A stretch of DNA of 64,000 nucleotides. Origin: Bacteroidota bacterium. GTDB lineage: Bacteria; Bacteroidota; Ignavibacteria; Kapaibacteriales; UBA2268. This document shows, one piece after another, positions 18,032 to 26,450 of this stretch; positions within the stretch are counted from its first letter, which is position 1, and every line of letters starts with the position of its first letter. The DNA lies in contig JBLWYD010000008.1 of the NCBI GenBank assembly GCA_048267165.1, positions 34,806-98,805 of the forward strand, read 5' to 3'. The notes beneath the pieces are model-generated. The model made no database searches and had not been told where the DNA came from. It saw only the letters and a program-made list of their open reading frames with translations. The position numbers and the translations under genes were made by a program.

Positions 18032-19018
18032 CTATGGTACTTCTATATTATCAATAATCTTGTTTACTATATCTTCGGAAGTTAGGTTCTCTGCTTCCGC
18101 TTCGTAAGTGATTCCGACTCTGTGACGTAGTACATCGAGAGCAACAGCTCTAACGTCTTCTGGCAATACATAGCCACGACGCTTGATGAAAGCATAAGCT
18201 TTAGCTGCCTTAGCTAATGATATAGTAGCACGAGGCGACCCACCGAATGAAATCAAATCTTTCAGCTCACCTAATTTATATTCTTCTGGGTATCTGGTAG
18301 CGAATACTATATCCATAATATACTTCTCGATTTTCTCATCCATATATACATCTTTTACTACATTACGAGCCTTGATTATATCTTCTGGACTTAGTATTTT
18401 CGACACTCTTGGGAATGATTTCTCTAGATTCATTCTCAATATCTGACGCTCTTCCTCTTTAGTAGGATAGCCTACGACAAGCTTCATCATAAAACGGTCA
18501 ACCTGAGCTTCAGGTAGTGGATATGTCCCCTCTTGCTCTAATGGGTTTTGTGTTGCTAATACTAGGAACGGCTCTTGTAGAGGGAAAGTAGTATCACCAA
18601 TAGTAACCTGACGTTCTTGCATCGCCTCGAGCAAAGCACTTTGCACTTTTGCTGGGGCACGGTTTATCTCATCAGCAAGTACGAAGTTTGCGAAAACTGG
18701 ACCTTTACGAACGTGGAATTTCTGCTCACCTTGGTTGTAAATCATAGTACCAACTACGTCGGCAGGAAGCAAATCGGGAGTGAATTGGATACGTGAGAAT
18801 TGCCCATCTACAGCATTCGCAAGCGTATTGATAGCAAGTGTCTTCGCCAACCCGGGTACACCCTCAAGCAATACGTGTCCATTAGAAAGTAGTCCAATTA
18901 GTAGCCTTTCTACCATGTACTTTTGTCCAACTATTACTTTACTCATTTCCATCATGAGTAAGTCTATGAATCCACTTTCCTGCTGGATTCTATCGTTTAA
19001 TTCTTGTATATCTGTCAT
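18032..19018 (-). CDS. moxR: MoxR-family AAA+ ATPase
   Basis: Walker A GVPGLAKT, Walker B LADEINRA, typical length of about 330 aa. Confidence 0.9.
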   Translation of the reverse strand: MTDIQELNDRIQQESGFIDLLMMEMSKVIVGQKYMVERLLIGLLSNGHVLLEGVPGLAKTLAINTLANAVDGQFSRIQFTPDLLPADVVGTMIYNQGEQKFHVRKGPVFANFVLADEINRAPAKVQSALLEAMQERQVTIGDTTFPLQEPFLVLATQNPLEQEGTYPLPEAQVDRFMMKLVVGYPTKEEERQILRMNLEKSFPRVSKILSPEDIIKARNVVKDVYMDEKIEKYIMDIVFATRYPEEYKLGELKDLISFGGSPRATISLAKAAKAYAFIKRRGYVLPEDVRAVALDVLRHRVGITYEAEAENLTSEDIVNKIIDNIEVP

Positions 19019-19188
19019 ATTCCATCAATTATAAAATTGAACATAATTATTGTATATTTTTACTGAACATATTACGAAAAGAATAAAGAATTGTTTGGAG
19101 TTGTGGGAAGAAAAATGGGTTCGAGGAACTAATTTTGAAAATTTTCAATTATTTAATTAATTTGAAATTAAAAATCAGAGGGAAATCT

Positions 19189-19620
19189 ATGAAAAATTTA
19201 TTCATATTACTTACGACTATTCTTATTCTCACTTCTTGTGCAACAAAGAAACCAACATTATTGATAGACAATGACACTTACCTATTAACTGAATATGCAA
19301 AAAGCTTTGGCTACGGATATAGTGAAGATAGTCCTATTGAAGTTGGAGGAATTGATAAAGGAGAAGGTCCCGCAAATCAAGCAAGATATCTAAATGCTTT
19401 GACAGGTCCTAATGGTGAATTAGTATCGTATTCTAGAGAAGGAAGCTGCTGTTATACTAACAGTTACCCAATGCCCTATATGTTAGATATCTATAGAGTA
19501 ACATGGGAAGGTTCAAAAGATACTTTTTCTATTTATATGGATATGTACCATTACGATGGAGTAAGAATAATAAAACGCTTTAAAGCAAAAGGAGCAGATA
19601 ATGGTAAACCAAAGGTTTAA
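19189..19620 (+). CDS. Conserved hypothetical lipoprotein
   Basis: ATG at 19189 is preceded by agaggga. Lipobox LILTSC. The motif PIEVGG...GP.NQARYLNALTGPNGE...REGSCC matches a family I recall from Bacteroidota with no assigned function. Confidence 0.55.
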   Translation: MKNLFILLTTILILTSCATKKPTLLIDNDTYLLTEYAKSFGYGYSEDSPIEVGGIDKGEGPANQARYLNALTGPNGELVSYSREGSCCYTNSYPMPYMLDIYRVTWEGSKDTFSIYMDMYHYDGVRIIKRFKAKGADNGKPKV

Positions 19621-20359
19621 TAACATCAAATTAATAATCGTAATATTTTTAATATCATCATTATTCGAATGTCATGCGAAAAATACTAGTATTGAGTTGC
19701 AATCTGAAAAACTAGTAATAATCAAACTCTCTGAACACACTTATCAGCATATATCATACCTGCAAACAGAAAGCTGGGGAAAGGTTGCTTGTAATGGGAT
19801 GATAATAGTAGAAAATGACAAAGCACTAATATTAGACACTCCAGCTGACAAAGAAAGCTCGAAAGAACTGATAGAATATTTGATAGACAATGGTATAAGT
19901 ATCATCGGAATAGTTCCTACTCATTTTCACGAGGATTGTGTAGGCGGGCTGAGTGAATTCAAAAGCACAGAAATCCCAATCTATATCTCAAACAGAACTC
20001 AAGCAATACTAGAAAAAGAAGGTGGCTTTGTAGGTTATGAATTCCTTACTTTTGACAATAGCTTGTCACTGAATATTGATAAAAGCTCAGTTAAGTTAGA
20101 GTACTTCGGAGCTGGTCATACAGTTGATAATGTAGTAGCTTACTACGATAAAGATGAATCTATTTTCGGTGGATGCCTAGTGAAAGAACTGAACGCTTCG
20201 AAGGGTAATCTAGCAGATGCAGATACAAATAAATGGTCAAACACCGTAAGAAAGTTGAAGGCAAAACACCCGAAAGCAAAAGTAGTTATCCCCGGTCACG
20301 GAAAGTCTGGTGGAATAGATTTGTTGGATTATACAATTGATTTGTTTGAAGGGGAGTGA
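19601..20359 (+). CDS. Subclass B1 metallo-beta-lactamase
   Basis: All B1 zinc-ligand motifs are present and in order: THFHEDCVGG (HxHxD), GAGHTVDNVV (His196), FGGCLVKE (Cys221), VIPGHG (His263). An N-terminal signal peptide is present. Confidence 0.85.
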   Translation: MVNQRFNNIKLIIVIFLISSLFECHAKNTSIELQSEKLVIIKLSEHTYQHISYLQTESWGKVACNGMIIVENDKALILDTPADKESSKELIEYLIDNGISIIGIVPTHFHEDCVGGLSEFKSTEIPIYISNRTQAILEKEGGFVGYEFLTFDNSLSLNIDKSSVKLEYFGAGHTVDNVVAYYDKDESIFGGCLVKELNASKGNLADADTNKWSNTVRKLKAKHPKAKVVIPGHGKSGGIDLLDYTIDLFEGE

Positions 20360-20366
20360 CTCACAT

Positions 20367-21308
20367 CTACTTTAACCTCTTAACAATCCAGTTTATCAAG
20401 TACTCCTCATCTACTATAGTCCATGAGTGACATTTTCTGTTTCCCTTTTTGTCAAAACCTTTACCAGTTGTAGTTACTAATTCAATATCTTTATGACCTA
20501 AATGAATTAAGTGATTATATATACCAGCAATATCAAAGGAATTTATATCGTAATATGTGGCACCTCTTTCCTTTATCCACCAATCTATATCTGGTTCATG
20601 GTAAAAGATAACTGAAGTATTCATTAGGTATTTAGCATTACCTCCATCGTCATCTAAATGAGAGTAAACTGACCTTTCCTTATATAATGGATCATTATAC
20701 TCAGGTGGCCTCCCAAATTTTTCTTCGAATTTCCCCGGCATCATATTAGCCTCCCAAAGCATTCCATCTTTAAAATATTTCTTATTCTTCTTAGCTGAGT
20801 TGTAAAACCTTTCATAATCTAAGGGAGAGTCAACTGAAAATACAGAATTAACTTTTATACCAAATTTCGATTTGTTACTCTCGCAATACTGAGCATATTT
20901 CAGAGCTCTAGTCCCACTTGATGAAATACCTCCTATAAATATATTCTCTTTGGGGATATTGTGTTTTGTTATGACTTTATTGATTATACTATCTAATAAT
21001 ATTAACCCTGAATCATCATAGTATAGCTCAGGGAAATAATTGGAAGTTACTGTATATAAAACAGCTAACCCATTCTCTAAAGCCAGTTGACCCCATTTAT
21101 AGGGAGAATTATTTGTACCTGAGTACTTTGGAAGTGAACTATAATCCCTAACGACAACCCCTTTTATAACTTTGCTATTCGGAAAAATTATAAGTGAACA
21201 ATTATAAGTAGAATCACTAGAGTTGTAATAATTGTATTCGTAAGAATTAGAATATACTGAAGTTACTGATATAATGCTTAAGCATAGAAAGTAAAAGTAT
21301 TTAGTCAT
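20367..21308 (-). CDS. Secreted hypothetical protein, possible alpha/beta-hydrolase fold
   Basis: Signal peptide. Nucleophile-elbow-like IFIGGISSSG. Candidate Asp (SVDSPLD) and C-terminal His (KCHSW). The assignment is weak. Confidence 0.4.
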   Translation of the reverse strand: MTKYFYFLCLSIISVTSVYSNSYEYNYYNSSDSTYNCSLIIFPNSKVIKGVVVRDYSSLPKYSGTNNSPYKWGQLALENGLAVLYTVTSNYFPELYYDDSGLILLDSIINKVITKHNIPKENIFIGGISSSGTRALKYAQYCESNKSKFGIKVNSVFSVDSPLDYERFYNSAKKNKKYFKDGMLWEANMMPGKFEEKFGRPPEYNDPLYKERSVYSHLDDDGGNAKYLMNTSVIFYHEPDIDWWIKERGATYYDINSFDIAGIYNHLIHLGHKDIELVTTTGKGFDKKGNRKCHSWTIVDEEYLINWIVKRLK

Positions 21309-21340
21309 ATTATGTTTAATTGAATTTGTAAAATTTTTAT

Positions 21341-22297
21341 CTATTTTGTTTCCAGTTTTTTAAAAATCTCTATAATTACATCTTGTAATTTTTCAGGTTC
21401 TGTATTAAAAACAGTATGCCCCGATTTTTCAAACCAGAACATTTCTTTTTCTTTGGCACTAAGGAATTTGAAATATTCTTCAACCAATTTATGAGTCTTA
21501 TGATTGTCGCCATTTCCTTCGATGAAATAGACAGGGCAATCTAATTCGGCGACCTTATCAAACATATTTTTCTTTGAAGCTTCTAGTATGAGTGGGAACC
21601 ATATATCCATCCATTCGAAATATTCTGCTCTAAACCCAGGTTCTAAAGAAAAATTTTCACCATTATAAACGAATAGCCATTTCTGCTGTAGATATAAATC
21701 CCTTTTGCTTGAAATAGGAATTGTTATCTGAGCCAACTCGTTTATAGCATTCATATTGTTCTCTTTCTCAGCCCATTCTTTCAACATTGGAACTACGATT
21801 CTTGTGTTTTCTTGCTGATTAATAACTGCACTAATCGGCATGTATGCTTTGACTAGCTCTGGGAATTTACTTGCAATCATGAATCCAATTTCGGAACCCC
21901 AAGAATGAGAAGCAAGGTAGATTTTTTTCTTATTATACTTAGTAATTAGATAGTTGATTATTTCATAAGTGTCGCTTACTAACAATTCCAATGAAAGTAC
22001 CTCATTGGTTCTGTTTAACTTAAGAGTCCTTCCAGTTTCTCTTTGATCCCAATGAACCACTATAAAATTCTCTTTCAACTTATTATTGAAATTATCAGAA
22101 TAGTTCATCAATGATCTACCAGGGCCACCATGTAAGAAGAGTAACAATGGTTTGTCTTTATCAACATAGTTGATACTAACCACTTGTTGTATTCCGCCTA
22201 TTTGAATTGTATCAAGACTCTTAAATTCTTCATCCTTTCCGAATAAAGTACTACTCGAAATAGCAGTTATTAATATTAAATAAATTAGCTTAATCAT
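21341..22297 (-). CDS. Secreted alpha/beta hydrolase (prolyl aminopeptidase/S33-like)
   Basis: Oxyanion motif LFLHGGPG and nucleophile elbow ASHSWGS. Signal peptide. Confidence 0.7.
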   Translation of the reverse strand: MIKLIYLILITAISSSTLFGKDEEFKSLDTIQIGGIQQVVSINYVDKDKPLLLFLHGGPGRSLMNYSDNFNNKLKENFIVVHWDQRETGRTLKLNRTNEVLSLELLVSDTYEIINYLITKYNKKKIYLASHSWGSEIGFMIASKFPELVKAYMPISAVINQQENTRIVVPMLKEWAEKENNMNAINELAQITIPISSKRDLYLQQKWLFVYNGENFSLEPGFRAEYFEWMDIWFPLILEASKKNMFDKVAELDCPVYFIEGNGDNHKTHKLVEEYFKFLSAKEKEMFWFEKSGHTVFNTEPEKLQDVIIEIFKKLETK

Positions 22298-22396
22298 TTA
22301 AATTTTATTGAATCTTTAATATGTCGTATCTTTCTTTTAATGTACAATCATAACTACAAAAAGTTGCATTGTTTTATTAAATACTAATTTCTAATT

Positions 22397-22831
22397 ATGA
22401 AAAACGATTTCCCCGGGACATACGAACTAATAGAAAAATACAGCATCAAAACTGATGGCACTAAGATACATCCGTGGGGCGAAGATGTGAAAGGTATGAT
22501 TATATACACGGACACCCACGTATCAGCACAGCTAGGTGTAAGAGTAAGGAACAACCTAAGTACATTCAACTTCAGAGATGCAGCAGCGGATGAATCGCAA
22601 GAAGCATTCACGACCTACATAGCTTACTTTGGAGCTTATGAAGTGAAAAATGGCTATGTAATTCACGATGTACAGCAGAGCTTATTCCCCAATTGGATTG
22701 GTCACAAAGTAAAGCGTTACTACCGATTCGAAGGTGATATGCTATACCTAGAAGCAAAGGAAATAACCCAAACTACTGGATTGGAAAAGACAGTCTTGGT
22801 ATGGAAAAGGTTGTCGCAACAACTAAAATAA
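22397..22831 (+). CDS. Lipocalin-like domain protein
   Basis: The pattern GTYELIE...DG....PWG....GMIIYT...VSAQL....YIAYFG.YEV....V.H.V..S..PNW.G....R.Y.F.GD.L.L is typical of the Lipocalin_5 family. Confidence 0.65.
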   Translation: MKNDFPGTYELIEKYSIKTDGTKIHPWGEDVKGMIIYTDTHVSAQLGVRVRNNLSTFNFRDAAADESQEAFTTYIAYFGAYEVKNGYVIHDVQQSLFPNWIGHKVKRYYRFEGDMLYLEAKEITQTTGLEKTVLVWKRLSQQLK

Positions 22832-22885
22832 GATTCATTACGTATCGTCTTAGGTAAGACAAATAATGTTAAACTGGAGTTAGTT

Positions 22886-23647
22886 ATGGCAATAGAGAAA
22901 TACAGCAAAGCAGAACAAGGTTACGGCGAATTCAACGGTGGTGCAATAGTTGAGAACAAGCCAATCGGTTTCCCACAGAGTGGCGGAGGCGGTAGTCACC
23001 CGTATTCTAATCTATTCTATTGGGCGAAGGCAGATACGGTGAATGGCAGCACTATAGGTGAGCATCCACATCAAGCATTTGAGATATTATCGTTCGTGCT
23101 GGAAGGTGATATAGAGCATTATGACAATCACAATAATAAGTGGTTCCCACTTAGTAAAGGCGATGTGCAAGTAATAAAATCAGGTAGTGGAATACATCAC
23201 GCTGAAAAGATGAATCCCGGCTCAAGTATATTCCAGATATGGTTCAACCCAAATATTCAGATTACTCTTAACAATAAAGCTGAATATACTGACTATAAGG
23301 AAACAGAGTTTGAGATTGTAGATAATGGCAGGTACACAACTAAGATTATGCTAGGCGAAAACTCACCAATCCAACTTGTAAGCGAAGGAGTAGAAGTCCA
23401 AGAGATAAAAGCTAAATCTGACTTTGTATTAGATTTGGACGTTGATAGATACCATTCATTCTATGTGCTATCAGGTGAAGGCGAGGTAAACGGTACAAAA
23501 ATAGTACAAGACGATTTCATAAAAATTAGTGACGAAAACACAGCTAACTTCACGAATCAAAATGAATTGAGGTTATTCTATATTTCGAACCCTAAAGAAT
23601 TGACACATAGAACATATTACCAGAGTAATATGAATAGATATGAATGA
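22886..23647 (+). CDS. Pirin-family cupin protein
   Basis: HPHQAFEILSFVLEGDIEHYD matches the pirin metal-binding signature. Confidence 0.7.
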   Translation: MAIEKYSKAEQGYGEFNGGAIVENKPIGFPQSGGGGSHPYSNLFYWAKADTVNGSTIGEHPHQAFEILSFVLEGDIEHYDNHNNKWFPLSKGDVQVIKSGSGIHHAEKMNPGSSIFQIWFNPNIQITLNNKAEYTDYKETEFEIVDNGRYTTKIMLGENSPIQLVSEGVEVQEIKAKSDFVLDLDVDRYHSFYVLSGEGEVNGTKIVQDDFIKISDENTANFTNQNELRLFYISNPKELTHRTYYQSNMNRYE

Positions 23648-23700
23648 TATTAGATTATAACCATTAGATTATAACCATTAGATTATAACCATTAGATTAT
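23648..23700. repeat. Tandem repeat, 14-bp unit attagattataacc, about 3.8 copies
   Basis: Perfect copies start directly after the pirin stop codon and end just before the terminator. Confidence 0.9.
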
Positions 23701-23708
23701 ATTAAAAA

Positions 23709-23740
23709 CAGCCCTTCCGATTTATGTTGGAAGGGTTTTT
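23709..23740 (+). terminator. Rho-independent terminator
   Basis: Stem cccttcc / ggaaggg followed by T6. Confidence 0.75.
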
Positions 23741-23836
23741 TGTTTTATATCAAAACTTACTCACCAAATACCCCTTATAATATGCTAAGAATTAATTAAA
23801 TTGCAGGATATATTTAAACTAGGAAGAATAAATTTT

Positions 23837-24799
23837 ATGAAAAGAATATTAGTAACTGGAGCTTACGGTCAAATAGGGACCGAATTGGTAAATGAATTAA
23901 GAAAGAAATATGGTGGCGAAAACGTAATAGCTACCGATGTCCGCGACACAGCACCACCGCTAATAGCTGATAATGGCCCAAATGAAGTCCTTAATATAAT
24001 GGACAAATCGGCAATTGATAGCATAGTTGATAAATACAATATAGACACTATATTCCACATGGCGGCATTGCTTTCTGCTACTGGCGAGAAAGACCCGTTC
24101 TTCTGTTGGGATATCAATATGAATGGTACTATCAATATAATCAAGACAACTATTGATAAGAAAATCACTAAAATATTCGTTCCTAGCTCTATCGCAGTAT
24201 GGGGTCCGGGTGTAGAAACTATTAATACTCCACAAGAATCAGTATTGCAACCGACTACTATGTACGGAGTGACTAAAGTTAGTGGCGAGATACTAAGCGA
24301 TTACTTCGTTAAAAAGCAAGGATTAGACATTCGTGGATTGCGTTACCCAGGTATTATTTCTTCTGAAACATTGCCGGGTGGTGGAACTACTGATTATGCT
24401 GTTGAGATATTCTACGAAGCTGTGAAACATCAGAAATATGATTGTTTCTTGAAAGCTGATGCTACTCTACCGATGATGTATATGCCTGATTGTATAAAAG
24501 CGACAATAGACCTTATGGAAGCAGACTTTGATAGATTAGAGCATCACTCTAATTTCAACGTAGCTGCTGCCAGCTTCTCCCCTGCTGAGTTAGCTGCAGA
24601 AATTAAAAAGCATATTCCTAATTTTGAAATTACTTATACACCAGATTCACGACAATTGATTGCAGAATCTTGGCCACAAGTCATAGATGATAGTGCCGCT
24701 CGTGCCGAGTGGGATTGGTCACACGATTTTGACTTGGAAAAAATGACAAAGAACATGGTCGAAGTATTGACTGAAAAACATAAGAATGGCTTGATATAA
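23837..24799 (+). CDS. tdh: SDR-type NAD-dependent L-threonine 3-dehydrogenase (epimerase/dehydratase family)
   Basis: ILVTGAYGQIGTEL and PGGGTTDYAVEIF, with overall colinearity to the flavobacterial SDR-type TDH as I recall it. ATG at 23837 follows aggaag. Confidence 0.75.
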   Translation: MKRILVTGAYGQIGTELVNELRKKYGGENVIATDVRDTAPPLIADNGPNEVLNIMDKSAIDSIVDKYNIDTIFHMAALLSATGEKDPFFCWDINMNGTINIIKTTIDKKITKIFVPSSIAVWGPGVETINTPQESVLQPTTMYGVTKVSGEILSDYFVKKQGLDIRGLRYPGIISSETLPGGGTTDYAVEIFYEAVKHQKYDCFLKADATLPMMYMPDCIKATIDLMEADFDRLEHHSNFNVAAASFSPAELAAEIKKHIPNFEITYTPDSRQLIAESWPQVIDDSAARAEWDWSHDFDLEKMTKNMVEVLTEKHKNGLI

Positions 24800-24822
24800 C
24801 ACTTAATTATTTTTGATTATAG

Positions 24823-24856
24823 AATTTAATAGCAGACAATATGAAGCTATTAAATT
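24823..24856 (+). terminator. Perfect 11-bp hairpin after tdh (weak T tract)
   Basis: aatttaatagc (24823-24833) / gctattaaatt (24846-24856). Confidence 0.4.
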
Positions 24857-24923
24857 AGTTTGTTGATTATATAATGATTGGTAATAACCGTAGCCGAATA
24901 TTGGCATTTATCAGTAAGAAATA

Positions 24924-26450
24924 ATGTTGCATTTACAAGACAAATTAGACAAGAGTGTATGGAAGTATTTCATAGTGGCAGCTATTATACTTTTGTCTAC
25001 TCTTGCCTTCCCCATTTCATCTGATATGTCTGTGTTTATGCATGGTGGTAGCATCATAGCTAATGGTGGTGGTCTATTTCAAGATTTCTATGATATCAAA
25101 CCACCACTGATATATTATCTATTCGCATGTATCAATTCTATTTTTGGTGATAATGTAATAGCATTCAGACTATTCGATTTCTTATATCAAATGGTTTTCT
25201 TGTTTACTACGGCTTACTTGCTGACCAAGTTTGAGATAAAAGCAAACGTAACTAAAGCATTCCTGATCATCTTCCCGCTGAGTTATACTATTCTCAATTA
25301 TAGAGATATACTCCAGACAGAATCACTAGCATTTATACCATTGATTCTGTATTTCTATTATATGATTAAGAACGAGAATACCTACAAACAGCATATAATA
25401 ATGGGTTTGGTCTTAGGTATTTCGATAGCATTCAAATATACACTTGGTATTGTTTTCGTCGGATATTTGGTCTATTTTTTAAAAGAAACTACAAATAAGA
25501 ACTTCGCAAAGCTAGGTATTCAGTTGTCAGTAGCTTTTTTTGTACTTCTTGTTAGTTTCTTGCCAGTTTTGCTGAGTGGTGGTTTTAGTGGGTTTGTAGA
25601 TACTAATATCTATCTAGCAGAGTATGCTAAATACCCGCCCATAGGTGTAGAACTTGCAAAACAGATGTTGGGAACACTAACCCATAATTTTGGATCATTG
25701 ATTTCAGTTAGTTATTTGTTTCTATTTATTATAGCATCATTTTTCTTTAAAGAAGCCAAGTATCAAGTTATTAAAAAATATTTGCTCCTCTTTTGCTTAC
25801 TACTGTTCATCTCTGTCCTTTTAGAAAGAAAGATAAACATGTATCACCTAATTAGGTTCTATCCTTATTTTATGATAATAGTGAGTATTGGGTTTGTGTA
25901 CGTAATAGAGAATTTCAAATTCAGTAAAAGCATTTCTACATTTGTTATTATAGCTATGTTTATAATACTAAGTCCTTTATTAAGATTTTTGAATACATAT
26001 AATATAGCATATAATAGAGTATTTGATTATAATTCGTACGTAGATTATTATACTAATTATTCTAATTTCAATATATTGGAGAACCACTTAGTAATAGCTG
26101 ATTATATAAATAGAAAAGATAATAAGAAATTTCTATTTATAAATACTGGTGGCAACCAAGCAGTCCACTACCTCGATTTCGAGTATAAATTCAAATTCCC
26201 ACACAGTGCATTTCATCTATCGCCAATTGCACCTCTCTCGTATAAGAAAGCATTCGATGAAGACTTACACGATGCAAATATACTAGCCATTGATAATAGC
26301 GATGATATATTTATGATATTTCTTACTGAGGGAAGTAGCTATGACTTATTTTTTGGTGAAGAAAAATACGCGAATTATATAGAAGAGAAATTTACGCTTG
26401 ATACTATTTTGTTAGATAGATATTTCATTTATGAAAGGAAAGTCAAATGA
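24924..26450 (+). CDS. Polytopic GT-C fold glycosyltransferase (PMT/ArnT-like), paralog 1
   Basis: More than 10 predicted TM helices. First-loop motif FYDIKPPLIYY resembles the D-x-H-P-P motif of GT39. A C-terminal soluble domain of about 130 aa is present. Confidence 0.6.
   Translation: MLHLQDKLDKSVWKYFIVAAIILLSTLAFPISSDMSVFMHGGSIIANGGGLFQDFYDIKPPLIYYLFACINSIFGDNVIAFRLFDFLYQMVFLFTTAYLLTKFEIKANVTKAFLIIFPLSYTILNYRDILQTESLAFIPLILYFYYMIKNENTYKQHIIMGLVLGISIAFKYTLGIVFVGYLVYFLKETTNKNFAKLGIQLSVAFFVLLVSFLPVLLSGGFSGFVDTNIYLAEYAKYPPIGVELAKQMLGTLTHNFGSLISVSYLFLFIIASFFFKEAKYQVIKKYLLLFCLLLFISVLLERKINMYHLIRFYPYFMIIVSIGFVYVIENFKFSKSISTFVIIAMFIILSPLLRFLNTYNIAYNRVFDYNSYVDYYTNYSNFNILENHLVIADYINRKDNKKFLFINTGGNQAVHYLDFEYKFKFPHSAFHLSPIAPLSYKKAFDEDLHDANILAIDNSDDIFMIFLTEGSSYDLFFGEEKYANYIEEKFTLDTILLDRYFIYERKVK

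Noticed and set aside
22384-22611. 75-aa minus-strand ORF, and 22720..22908
   Set aside because: Both are antisense to the lipocalin-like gene, which has a good family pattern and start context.
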